In this document: piece after piece, positions 1-8,750 of the stretch
Numbering within the stretch: the first letter of the stretch is position 1
How the letters are laid out: every line of letters begins with the position of its first letter
Assembly: GCF_900167395.1 (NCBI RefSeq)
Contig: NZ_FUWK01000019.1
Location: 14,797 to 46,796, forward strand
DNA: 32,000 nt
Reading direction: 5' to 3'
DNA from: Nitrosomonas europaea
Lineage (GTDB): Bacteria > Pseudomonadota > Gammaproteobacteria > Burkholderiales > Nitrosomonadaceae
Program-made: the position numbers and the translations under genes
Notes under the pieces: model-generated
Seen by the model: only the letters and a program-made list of their open reading frames with translations
The model's database searches: none
Told to the model about the DNA's origin: nothing

Positions 1-488
1 AGATGAAATCAACCGGTGAGGTGATGGGAGTGGGTAAAAATTTCGCTGAAGCATTTGTCAAATCACAGCTTGCAGCAGGCGTTCAATTGCCGGTATCGGG
101 TAATGTACTGATCAGTGTAAGAGACAGTGATAAACTGGAAGCCGTTTCAATCGCTATCAAGCTGGTTGAACTGGGGTTTTCACTTTATGCTACGCGTGGT
201 ACGGCTCGAACTCTGCAGCAGGCTGGATTGCCGGTTATTGCTGTAAATAAGGTGGCTGAAGGCCGGCCGCATATCGTGGATATGATCAAGAATGGAGAGA
301 TTGTCTTGATCATCAATACAGTTGCCAATAAACGTAGTGCTGTGCGTGATTCTTATTCGATCCGGCGTGTGGCTTTGCAGGCCAGGATAACTTATTACAC
401 AACAATTGCCGGTGCGCGTGCTGCCTGTGCCGGTATGGCCAGTCGCCAGGAATTGCAGGTTTACCGTTTGCAAAATCTTGCCATCTAG
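1..488 (+). CDS. carB: carbamoyl-phosphate synthase large subunit, C-terminal fragment (5' end lies outside the window)
   Basis: The reading frame is open to the window start. The translation MKSTGEVMGVG...ATRGTA...VAEGRPHIVDMIKNGE...INT matches the C-terminal MGS-like allosteric domain of CarB as remembered from E. coli. Stop TAG at 486-488. Confidence 0.9.
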   Translation, partial: MKSTGEVMGVGKNFAEAFVKSQLAAGVQLPVSGNVLISVRDSDKLEAVSIAIKLVELGFSLYATRGTARTLQQAGLPVIAVNKVAEGRPHIVDMIKNGEIVLIINTVANKRSAVRDSYSIRRVALQARITYYTTIAGARAACAGMASRQELQVYRLQNLAI

Positions 489-585
489 GCAACAATAATC
501 TTCCCTCCCAAGCTTGATGAACTTCCAATCTGGAGAGATTGGTATTTGTTTACGAGCTCTTTTTAGCCAGACAGTCAACTATCGT

Positions 586-603
586 GCATCATTCGAATGA
601 TGC
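586..603. promoter_or_regulatory. perfect 18-bp palindrome GCATCATTCGAATGATGC between carB and greA (hairpin or operator)
   Basis: Read directly from the sequence; it is its own reverse complement. It lies 98 nt after the carB stop and 65 nt before the greA ATG. A moderately T-rich stretch (GTTGAGTGTCTGTTGTTTGATG) follows. Confidence 0.3.
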
Positions 604-667
604 GTTGAGTGTCTGTTGTTTGATGAATATTGTTTTATTGTTTTTCCATGGAAAGAGAAATCAAGTT

Positions 668-1144
668 ATGAATGCCATTCCCATTACCCAAGCTGGTGCA
701 GAGAAATTGCGCGCAGAGTTGCATGAGATGAAAACGGTCCATCGCCCTGCTGTCATTGCCGCCATTGCGGAAGCACGTTCCCACGGTGACCTGTCTGAGA
801 ATGCCGAATATGATGCTGCAAAAGAAAGGCAAGGGTTCATAGAGGGACGTATTGCAGAATTGGAGAGTAAACTGTCCAACGCACAGATTATCAATCCCGC
901 AACGCTGAATGCAGATGGTGCGTGCGTATTCGGTGCCACTATCGATCTGATGGATCTGGGCAATAATACAACCGTGACTTATCAGATCGTAGGGGATGAT
1001 GAAGCCGACATCAAACAGGGTAAAATTTCTATCAGTTCACCCATTGCCCGGGCATTGATTGGCAAATATGCGGGGGATATAGCTGAAGTTCAGGCACCTG
1101 GTGGTGTTCGAGAATACGAAATTCTGGATGTTAAATATATCTGA
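668..1144 (+). CDS. greA: transcription elongation factor GreA
   Basis: 158 aa starting [22 protein letters not shown]. It has a GreA-type coiled-coil N-terminus and a C-terminal [14 protein letters not shown] motif. ATG 668 was chosen rather than ORF start 539 because the upstream extension is not GreA-like and 158 aa is the canonical length. Confidence 0.93.
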   Translation: MNAIPITQAGAEKLRAELHEMKTVHRPAVIAAIAEARSHGDLSENAEYDAAKERQGFIEGRIAELESKLSNAQIINPATLNADGACVFGATIDLMDLGNNTTVTYQIVGDDEADIKQGKISISSPIARALIGKYAGDIAEVQAPGGVREYEILDVKYI

Positions 1145-1147
1145 GAG

Positions 1148-2149
1148 CTAATTTTCCAGATTCTCCGAAATCAGGGTCGGAATGCCATTTCTGGCCCGAA
1201 TTGCCGATTCCAGTGCTTCAGGGCTGATTCTGGTATTCCTTGTCATTCTTCCATCAGGATCTTTGGCTGTTTTTTCAAGGAATTCTGCAATTGCACTATG
1301 AACTTTTTGCTCATAGTCATAGGGTGTGGTGTCATCTTCTTCCAGTGGCGGGTGAAGTTCGATGAATAAAAGGTTTTCCTGCCACCCCAGCTTGACAGGC
1401 TGGTTGACGATTTGTACTGGTGTACCTGTAGGTACAAGATTGAACAGTTCTTCGATATCTTCAGGGTACAGACGCATGCAGCCGTGCGTGACACGCATGC
1501 CTACACCAAATGGCTTATTGGTACTGTGGATGAGATAGCCAGGCAGACCGAGATACAGCGCATATCGTCCAAGAGGGTTATCCGGGCCAGGCGGAACGAC
1601 ATCCGACAGTGGAGGTTTACCCTCTGCTATTGCCTCAGCTTTGAGAGATTGGGGCGGTGTCCACGTCGGGTCTTTTTGTTTTCTGACAATGGTAGTTCTG
1701 CCTAGTGGTGTATTCCAATCCATTCTGCCGATACTGACAGGATGAGTAATGATCTCCGGCTTTTGTCCCTTTGCTGGTTTGGGAAAATAATAGAGCCGCA
1801 TTTCCGGCAGATTGATGACAAGGCCGATTCGTTCAGCCTGCGGGATTATAAAACGCAGTGGCAATACAACCTCGGCTCCATCTTCAGGCAGCCAGCGGTT
1901 TGTATTGGGGTTGGCCAGCACCATTTCATCCTGGCCGATACCATAGTGGCGTGCCACATCAAGTAGCGTTTCTTCGCGGCTGGCGGTTACTGTTTGCATC
2001 TGGCCGAAGATATCAATGTCATCGGGCGGACGTACCCAACTCCCGGCATAAACATGGACCACTGCTGGTAATGTCGTAAACAGCAGTAATAAACTGATTC
2101 CAAGCTTTTGCTTATCTTTATGCCTCATTTCATATCGTGTTGTGAACAA
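1148..2149 (-). CDS. L,D-transpeptidase (LysM + YkuD domain; ErfK/YbiS/YcfS/YnhG family)
   Basis: Signal-like N-terminus (LGISLLLLFTTLPAVVHVYA), a LysM-like segment (TLLDVARHYGIGQDEMVLANP) and the YkuD catalytic motif VTHGCMRLYPEDI. The start could instead be the internal Met at 2128. Confidence 0.85.
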   Translation of the reverse strand: MFTTRYEMRHKDKQKLGISLLLLFTTLPAVVHVYAGSWVRPPDDIDIFGQMQTVTASREETLLDVARHYGIGQDEMVLANPNTNRWLPEDGAEVVLPLRFIIPQAERIGLVINLPEMRLYYFPKPAKGQKPEIITHPVSIGRMDWNTPLGRTTIVRKQKDPTWTPPQSLKAEAIAEGKPPLSDVVPPGPDNPLGRYALYLGLPGYLIHSTNKPFGVGMRVTHGCMRLYPEDIEELFNLVPTGTPVQIVNQPVKLGWQENLLFIELHPPLEEDDTTPYDYEQKVHSAIAEFLEKTAKDPDGRMTRNTRISPEALESAIRARNGIPTLISENLEN

Positions 2150-2317
2150 TTTATAATGCCGATGATTTTATCCGGCATGAAATTCAAAAGCTAATGATTT
2201 TAGCTTTTTACAGACGAAGTAGCGGTATTGTTGCGAGCAAGAATCATTATCGAAGGCTAATTGTGTTTGGTGTTTTTTTATGATTGTTGCTATAAAACAA
2301 CAGAAAGTAATGTTTTC

Positions 2318-2344
2318 TTGACAGTTAAGGGGCCCTCCTATAAG
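2318..2344 (+). promoter_or_regulatory. candidate sigma70-type promoter for the acyl-AMP ligase operon
   Basis: TTGACA at 2318-2323 and TATAAG at 2339-2344. The spacer is only 15 nt, which is short. This would give a leader of about 165 nt before the TTG start at 2517. Confidence 0.25.
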
Positions 2345-2516
2345 CTCGCAGCCCATATATACCATGGAATAGAGACTACGCATTTGTCGGAAGCGTAAGG
2401 TTCTCAGACTGTGAATTATTGGTTGATTGGTTGCTGCTTATAAACAGGTTGAGTGATCACAGTATCCGTTCAGTCCATTCAGTAAATTGGCCAGAAAATA
2501 TTTCTAGGGGAAGATT

Positions 2517-4349
2517 TTGAGTTCGACAATAGCCAAGTTGGGCGTTCCGCCAGTACAAAAAAGTAATTCCCTGTCTTCCAGAATAGATGTCGTTGTGCCA
2601 ACGCCTACAGTTAATTCATCGCCTCAGAAAAGAGCGGATTTTACAACTTTGGTGGAGTCGCTCGAGTATGCTGCACAAGGGGAAACTGGGTACAATTTCT
2701 ACGATTCGAGAGGTAATCTAAAATCTGTACTTGCATACAAAGACTTGTGTGCCAACTCGAAAATAATCGCAAGACGGTTATCCGGTCTTGGATTGGCGCG
2801 TAACAGTCGGGTTGCTCTGATTGCCGATACTACTCCGGAGTTCATCGAGCTGTTTTTTGCATGCCGGTTTGCAGGCCTTGTTCCATTTGCGATGCCGGTA
2901 CCTGTAAATCTTGGCAGTCGTGCAATCTATGTACAGCAACTGAGAGGTATGCTTGAGAGCAGTAAGGCAAGCGTTGCAGTCGCCAATCTTGATTTCGTTG
3001 AATTTCTCAATGAGGCGGTTGGCAGTCTGGTAAGTAGCGAACTTAAATGGAGCGGTACACCTGAACAGCTTGATTTGCTGCCGGAAGCTGACGTAGTGTT
3101 TTCCCCCAATACACCAGATGAAACCGCCTATCTGCAATTTACTTCCGGCAGCACTCGTTTGCCAAGAGGGGTGGTCATTACCGAGCGAGCTTTGATGACC
3201 AACTTGCGCGGTATCGTTTGCAATGGTCTTGATGTTCGGCTGGGTGACCGATGCGCTTCATGGCTTCCTTTTTATCATGATATGGGCTTGGTTGGTCTGG
3301 TATTGGCCCCTTTGGCGGCCCAATTATCTGTAGATTATCTGGCAACCCGGGATTTTGCAGTCCGCCCCCTGCAGTGGCTTAAGTTAATCAGTCGTAATCG
3401 CTGCACTATTGCTTTCAGCCAACCATTTGGTCTCAAGTTATGTACGCTGCGTGCCCGTGAATCAGATTTGGCTGATCTGGATTTGAGCTGCTGGCGAGCG
3501 GCCGGTGTCGGTGCTGAGATGATCCGAATGGATACATTGAAAAGCTTTGCAGCTAAATTTGCTGCTGCGGGTTTCGATGAGCGTGCTTTTCTACCATGCT
3601 ACGGGTTGGCTGAATCGACCCTTGCCGTCTCTTTCCCTGATATCAGCCGGGGAGCAAGGAGTTTGCGTGTGGATGCCAGAACCCTGATCGAGAAAAAGAT
3701 TGCGGTGAGAGTCCAGGCAGAGGGTAGAAAATATAATGAATTCGTGAATTGTGGTCGCCCATTACCAGGCCATGAGGTCAGAATAGTCGATGACACGGAT
3801 CATGAGGTCCCTCACATGACGGTGGGAAGTATTCTAGTCAGGGGGGGGAGTGTAATGAACGGGTATTTCAACAACGCAGAAGAGACCGCGAGAGCGATCA
3901 GACCGGATGGTTGGTTGGATACGGGTGATATTGGCTTTCTGTTCGAGGATGATTTATATATTACAGGCCGGCGAACGGATGTCATTATCGTCAATGGTAG
4001 AAATATACGAGCTCAGGATGTGGAAGAGCTGGCTGAACAACAGCCGGAAGTAAGGGCACGTGAAGCTTCTGCATTTGGAATCAGTAATGAGGATGGTTCG
4101 ACATCGGTTGTGCTGGTTGTTGAATGCAGACTCGCATCGGCAGTAGACCGGCAATCGCTTATCAATAGACTTCAGCAGATGGTATATATGGCATTCGGGG
4201 TAAGCTGTCTGGTTGAGTTAGTACCGCCGCATACATTGCCCCGGACATCTTCAGGAAAGTTGTCACGCTTTGCAGCACGTCAGGGATTCCTGCGGCGCGC
4301 AAATCTGGAACAGCCCACTGCAGCAACGACTATTCATACCGCTGGCTGA
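2517..4349 (+). CDS. fatty acyl-AMP ligase / acyl-ACP synthetase (adenylate-forming family)
   Basis: AMP-binding core YLQFTSGSTRLPRGVVIT, plus WLDTGDIGF and the C-terminal SSGKLSR lysine motif. Apparent TTG start with AGGGGAAG just upstream. No in-frame ATG exists before conserved sequence. Confidence 0.8.
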   Translation: MSSTIAKLGVPPVQKSNSLSSRIDVVVPTPTVNSSPQKRADFTTLVESLEYAAQGETGYNFYDSRGNLKSVLAYKDLCANSKIIARRLSGLGLARNSRVALIADTTPEFIELFFACRFAGLVPFAMPVPVNLGSRAIYVQQLRGMLESSKASVAVANLDFVEFLNEAVGSLVSSELKWSGTPEQLDLLPEADVVFSPNTPDETAYLQFTSGSTRLPRGVVITERALMTNLRGIVCNGLDVRLGDRCASWLPFYHDMGLVGLVLAPLAAQLSVDYLATRDFAVRPLQWLKLISRNRCTIAFSQPFGLKLCTLRARESDLADLDLSCWRAAGVGAEMIRMDTLKSFAAKFAAAGFDERAFLPCYGLAESTLAVSFPDISRGARSLRVDARTLIEKKIAVRVQAEGRKYNEFVNCGRPLPGHEVRIVDDTDHEVPHMTVGSILVRGGSVMNGYFNNAEETARAIRPDGWLDTGDIGFLFEDDLYITGRRTDVIIVNGRNIRAQDVEELAEQQPEVRAREASAFGISNEDGSTSVVLVVECRLASAVDRQSLINRLQQMVYMAFGVSCLVELVPPHTLPRTSSGKLSRFAARQGFLRRANLEQPTAATTIHTAG

Positions 4350-4427
4350 TAACATAGTTTCCATCGGTAAGGCCAGATCTTCGCACGAGAAGGAGATGGA
4401 AGTTCCTTCTCATGTTCAGTACGCTTC

Positions 4428-5348
4428 ATGTTTAGAACTGTCGCATTAACGGGCGCCACAGGGTTTATCGGCCGAGTTCTTATCGCCAAGCTGGCAGCGT
4501 CCGGATGGAAGGTTCGTGCGTTGGCCAGGCGAGTACCTTTCAGACAGGATCTTCCACTCGTAGAATGGATTTGTGGAGATATGAATTGTGACAGTGTATT
4601 GTGTGACCTCGTTTCTGGTACCGAAGCGGTTATACACTGTGCAGGAGCAATCAGAGGAAAATCCTGGGATGATTTTTCCCGAACCAACGTGACTGGAACA
4701 AGAAATATATTAAGAGCTGCTTCCGGAGCACCTTCCTGTTCAAGATTCCTATTTATTTCTTCACTGGCTGCGCGTGAACCCCATCTCTCCTGGTATGCAC
4801 GGAGTAAATTCGAGGCTGAGCAGCTGATCCCGGGATTCTCCGGACTGGCATCGACTGTATTCAGGCCGGCAGCGGTTTACGGTCTGGGTGACAAAGCGAT
4901 GCAGCCATTTTTTCAGGCGATGCGCTATGGTATTCTCCTCGTGCCGGGAGATCCTGGTAACCGTTTCGGCCTGATACATGTGGACGATATGGTTGCTGCC
5001 ATTCATAACTGGCTCGAGGCCGGGCAGCCTGTGAAGGGTACTTATGAAATAGATGATGGAACATCAGGCGGATATGACTATACGTCCATCGCTGCGCTTG
5101 CTGAACAAGTTCTGAGCAGGCCGGTGCATTGTCTCCAGATACCTTTGGGCGGTATACGTATGCTAGCCCGTTTTAATTTATGGCTGGCGCATCTCCTGAA
5201 TTATGCTCCGATACTGACACCGGGCAAAGTGATGGAATTTCAGCATCCAGACTGGACGTGCGATATTTCTTCTCTGAAGAGAGAACTGGCTGGCTGGTCT
5301 CCGGTAACTAAACTGGAAACGGTGTTGCCCCTGCTTGTCAGAATGTAA
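4428..5348 (+). CDS. NAD(P)-dependent epimerase/dehydratase-family SDR (CerR-like ketoreductase candidate)
   Basis: Rossmann motif LTGATGFIG at the N-terminus and catalytic YxxxK (YARSK). 306 aa. It lies between the ligase and the ACP/Spt-like genes on the same strand. Confidence 0.75.
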   Translation: MFRTVALTGATGFIGRVLIAKLAASGWKVRALARRVPFRQDLPLVEWICGDMNCDSVLCDLVSGTEAVIHCAGAIRGKSWDDFSRTNVTGTRNILRAASGAPSCSRFLFISSLAAREPHLSWYARSKFEAEQLIPGFSGLASTVFRPAAVYGLGDKAMQPFFQAMRYGILLVPGDPGNRFGLIHVDDMVAAIHNWLEAGQPVKGTYEIDDGTSGGYDYTSIAALAEQVLSRPVHCLQIPLGGIRMLARFNLWLAHLLNYAPILTPGKVMEFQHPDWTCDISSLKRELAGWSPVTKLETVLPLLVRM

Positions 5349-5492
5349 CGGATATTTATTCTTGAAGCATTCCAAATGTTCGTCGACAATATATTGCTTT
5401 CGCGGGTATCACTTCTGTTTTGATACCGGGTATTTTCATATTCCCTGATCCGGGAATGATTTGTCGATATGAACTGTTCAGGGATTGATCTC

Positions 5493-5750
5493 ATGTCTGA
5501 AGTAACTCAAGAGCAAATTACAGCACTGCTTTGCCAGCGCCTGGCAAATTTTACGGAGATTGAAACGGAAGTATCTCCGGAAACGAACCTCATCACGCAT
5601 TTAGCGATTGATTCGGTCAAACTGTTGAATCTAGTGATGGAAATCGAGGATCAGTTTGATATATCCGTTCCACTGAACACACTCGTAGATGTTCTGACGG
5701 TACAGGACCTCGCCAATCTGATCTACAAAATAAAATCATTATCACAATGA
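5493..5750 (+). CDS. dedicated acyl carrier protein
   Basis: 85 aa with the phosphopantetheine attachment motif LAIDSVKLLNLVMEIEDQF. ATG 5493 is preferred over 5469 because of AGGGA about 9 nt upstream and typical ACP length. Its stop overlaps the next gene's start (ATGA at 5747-5750). Confidence 0.8.
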   Translation: MSEVTQEQITALLCQRLANFTEIETEVSPETNLITHLAIDSVKLLNLVMEIEDQFDISVPLNTLVDVLTVQDLANLIYKIKSLSQ

Positions 5751-6931
5751 GTCTGCTGGAAAAACTTGATGCAGCCGCAGCGGCAAGGAAAGCACAATTA
5801 CCCGAAGGTATTGGGGCTTTTGGCATTCCTATAGAAGAATCCTACTCGGCAACCGAAGCAAGAATCGGCAAACGTCGTGTATTGATGCTGGGAACCAACA
5901 ATTACCTCGGGCTCAGTTTCGCACCAGAATGCAGAGAAGCCGCTCATCAGGCCATTGATCAGGAAGGTACCGGTACCACCGGTTCGCGCATGGCCAATGG
6001 CAATTACTATGGTCATCGAGCACTGGAGCGTGAGTTTGCAGAATTTTATAAATATCGTGAATGTATTGTTTTTACAACAGGTTATCAGGCTAATTTAGGA
6101 ACGATTTCTGGATTGGTAGGGGCGGGTGATATCGTGCTGATCGACGGGGATGCCCATGCCAGTATTTATGATGGCTGTATTTTGAGTGGGGCGGATATCA
6201 TTCGCTTCCGGCATAACGATCCGGCTGATCTTGAAAAACGGCTTCGTCGGTTGGGTGATCGCAGTCGAAATACACTGATCATTATCGAGGGTATTTACAG
6301 CATGCTAGGAGATCAGGCTCCTTTGGCTGAGATTGTGCAAATAAAAAATACCTATCAGAGCACTTTACTGCTTGATGAAGCTCATTCACTCGGTGTTCTG
6401 GGAGAAACCGGTCAGGGGTTAGTGGAGAAAACCGGGATGAATGATGAGATCGACTTCATAACTGGAACTTTCAGTAAGAGTTTATGTGGTATCGGTGGTT
6501 TTTGTGTCAGCAATCACCCTCAGCTTGACCAGCTCCGGTATGTAAGCCATCCCTATATATTCACTGCTTCTCCTTCACCGGCAACTATTGCTTCCACACG
6601 TGCTGCTTTGAAACTGTTGCAAGAGGGGCGTTTATTACGTGAACGTTTGTGGCAGAATGCTCATCGGCTTTATTCCAGCCTTGAAAAGAGCGGATATCGT
6701 CTCGGTCCGCAACCCGGCCCCATCGTGGCCATCTTGCTTGATAATCCCAGGCAGGCACTTACACTGTGGAATGGACTGATGGAGCATGATATTTATGTGA
6801 ATCTGGTATTGCCCCCTGCTGCACCGGAAGGAAAGTCACTGGTGCGTTGTAGCATCAATGCAGCCCATACGACTGAACAGATTGATCAGGTGTGTGATGT
6901 TTTTTCTAAACTGCATCCTATCGTAGCGTAA
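5747..6931 (+). CDS. spt: alpha-oxoamine synthase, serine palmitoyltransferase-like (PLP-dependent)
   Basis: 394 aa with DEAHSLG and the PLP-lysine motif GTFSKSL. It is translationally coupled to a dedicated ACP and follows an acyl-AMP ligase. That context favours Spt over BioF or Kbl. Confidence 0.75.
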   Translation: MSLLEKLDAAAAARKAQLPEGIGAFGIPIEESYSATEARIGKRRVLMLGTNNYLGLSFAPECREAAHQAIDQEGTGTTGSRMANGNYYGHRALEREFAEFYKYRECIVFTTGYQANLGTISGLVGAGDIVLIDGDAHASIYDGCILSGADIIRFRHNDPADLEKRLRRLGDRSRNTLIIIEGIYSMLGDQAPLAEIVQIKNTYQSTLLLDEAHSLGVLGETGQGLVEKTGMNDEIDFITGTFSKSLCGIGGFCVSNHPQLDQLRYVSHPYIFTASPSPATIASTRAALKLLQEGRLLRERLWQNAHRLYSSLEKSGYRLGPQPGPIVAILLDNPRQALTLWNGLMEHDIYVNLVLPPAAPEGKSLVRCSINAAHTTEQIDQVCDVFSKLHPIVA

Positions 6932-6998
6932 GTGAGCAGATGTGGTTACCACTAGGCTTACGCTCATAAGAGTCGCTGGATGATAAAGGTTCTTACCT

Positions 6999-7763
6999 GT
7001 GATTGACTGGATTGTGCCAGATTGGCCTGCTCCTGCGAATGTTGACGCCATATTTACTACCCGGAATATTGGGGCTGCTGAGAACAGGGGAATTTATGCC
7101 GGTCTGAATTTGGCAAGCCATGTCGATGATGATCCGCTGATTGTTCAACAAAACCGTAACCAACTGCGTCAATATCTGCCTGACCATCCTCGCTGGCTGA
7201 CACAGGTCCATGGTTCACAGCCAGTCTGGGTGGATTCCAGTAATGAAACACTTGAACTTGAAGCCGATGCCGCGATGAGCCGTCGCCCTGGTGTGGTGTG
7301 TGCGGTTCTGGTGGCAGATTGTTTGCCGGTTTTATTGTGTGATATGGCTGGCAGTGTCGTGGGTGTTGCCCACGCGGGCTGGCGCGGACTGGCCGGAGGT
7401 GTTATCGAAAATACGGTCAGAGAGTTACGCAGGTTCAGTAGTAGCGATCGGATAATTGCATGGCTGGGCCCGGCAATCAGCTCACGGCACTTTGAAGTCG
7501 GAGACGAAGTGCGAGAGGTGTTTACTCAGTACGATCACCGGGCAGCATGTGCGTTCTTGCCTGGCAAGGAGGCTGGAAAATGGTATGCAAATCTCTTTGA
7601 TCTGGCGCGTCAGAGGCTATCTCATGCCGGGGTAAATCAGGTTTATGGTGGTGATTTATGTACGTTCAGCAATCCTGAACAATTTTATTCCTATCGCCGT
7701 GATGGAAAAACAGGAAGAATGGCTGGTTTGTTATGGATGACGCAGCCTGCGGGTATGCAGTGA
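6999..7763 (+). CDS. pgeF: YfiH/PgeF family (DUF152, Cu-oxidase_4) peptidoglycan editing factor / purine nucleoside phosphorylase
   Basis: Motifs LVADCLPVLL, HAGWRG and CTFSNPEQFYSYRRDG. GTG start at 6999. 254 aa. Confidence 0.85.
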   Translation: MIDWIVPDWPAPANVDAIFTTRNIGAAENRGIYAGLNLASHVDDDPLIVQQNRNQLRQYLPDHPRWLTQVHGSQPVWVDSSNETLELEADAAMSRRPGVVCAVLVADCLPVLLCDMAGSVVGVAHAGWRGLAGGVIENTVRELRRFSSSDRIIAWLGPAISSRHFEVGDEVREVFTQYDHRAACAFLPGKEAGKWYANLFDLARQRLSHAGVNQVYGGDLCTFSNPEQFYSYRRDGKTGRMAGLLWMTQPAGMQ

Positions 7764-7955
7764 CTGCGCCGTTAATGTCTGCCGGCTGAGTACGATAAAT
7801 AATACTCCCTTCCCCATTGCCTTCCTTGATGTAATTCAGTTCAGCTGGAAATCGTTATTAACCTCTTATCTTATCCTTTCCTGTTTGTACTGCGATCCGT
7901 AAGTAATCATGTGTGTAATTTCTGTCTGTTTCTGATTATCCTGGGTACGTAACTT

Positions 7956-8750
7956 ATGCCAGTATTAGCCTGGATCATTTTTGCCAGCCTAGCCAGTGGT
8001 TTACTGAGTATTGGACTGGCAGCACTATTTGCCCTGAATGTCCACAGTAATAAGTGGATTTCTGTATTAATTTCCTACGCGATCGGCGCACTTCTTGGTG
8101 CAGCATTTCTGAATGCATTGCCTGAGGCACTTGAGCTCACAGAGTCTCCCAAGCAACTGACGTTGATCCTGCTGCTTGGTATTCTTATTTTCTTTATTCT
8201 GGAAAAGCTTTTGTTATGGCGCCATTGTCATTTATCGGAATGTGAGGCGCATGAACCCGCTATACAGATAAAGTCATCAGATGTCCACGATCATGGTCGC
8301 AGTGGCATGATGATCGTGTTGGGTGACACCTTTCATAATTTTGTAGATGGTATCCTGATTGCAACGGCTTTTATGGCGGATATTCAACTCGGAATCGTTA
8401 CGGCCATTGCCATTACTGCACACGAAATTCCGCAGGAGGCAGGAGATTTCATCATTTTGCTCAATTCGGGTTTTACCCGGGCGCGTGCCCTCTGGCTCAA
8501 TCTGTTATCAGGTGCGGCGACACTGTTTGGCGGGTTGCTGGGTTATTTCATGCTATACCAGCTGGATCACATGATAGCGCCCATACTCGCTATTGCTGCG
8601 GCAAGCATGATATACGTAGCGATGTCCGATCTGATCCCCAGTCTGCATAAACGGCCGGAAATCAGAGCGACCATTCAGCAGGTCACACTCATCATCTTGG
8701 GAATCAGTACGATATGGCTGATAGGGTTGTTCTTTGGTCATAACCATTGA
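7956..8750 (+). CDS. ZIP-family divalent metal (zinc) transporter
   Basis: Multi-pass membrane protein with a His/Cys-rich loop (HCHLSECEAHEP...HDHGRSG) and the ZIP signature AITAHEIPQEAGDF. Confidence 0.85.
   Translation: MPVLAWIIFASLASGLLSIGLAALFALNVHSNKWISVLISYAIGALLGAAFLNALPEALELTESPKQLTLILLLGILIFFILEKLLLWRHCHLSECEAHEPAIQIKSSDVHDHGRSGMMIVLGDTFHNFVDGILIATAFMADIQLGIVTAIAITAHEIPQEAGDFIILLNSGFTRARALWLNLLSGAATLFGGLLGYFMLYQLDHMIAPILAIAAASMIYVAMSDLIPSLHKRPEIRATIQQVTLIILGISTIWLIGLFFGHNH

Noticed and set aside
539-667. An N-terminal extension of greA from the ORF-track start at 539.
   Set aside because: The extension ([18 protein letters not shown]...) is not GreA-like and contains the 18-bp palindrome. 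ATG 668 gives the canonical 158-aa GreA.
2168-2383. A 71-aa minus-strand ORF in the spacer between the L,D-transpeptidase and ligase genes.
   Set aside because: The sequence is Cys/Phe-rich and low-complexity, lies in AT-rich intergenic DNA, has no RBS or recognisable motif, and overlaps hairpin and promoter-like elements.
7854-7862. GTTATTAAC, a mini-palindrome about 95 nt upstream of the ZIP transporter, considered as a Zur box.
   Set aside because: Only 4-bp arms are present and the flanks do not extend the symmetry. It is too short to distinguish from chance and is only a partial match to remembered Zur-box consensus sequences.
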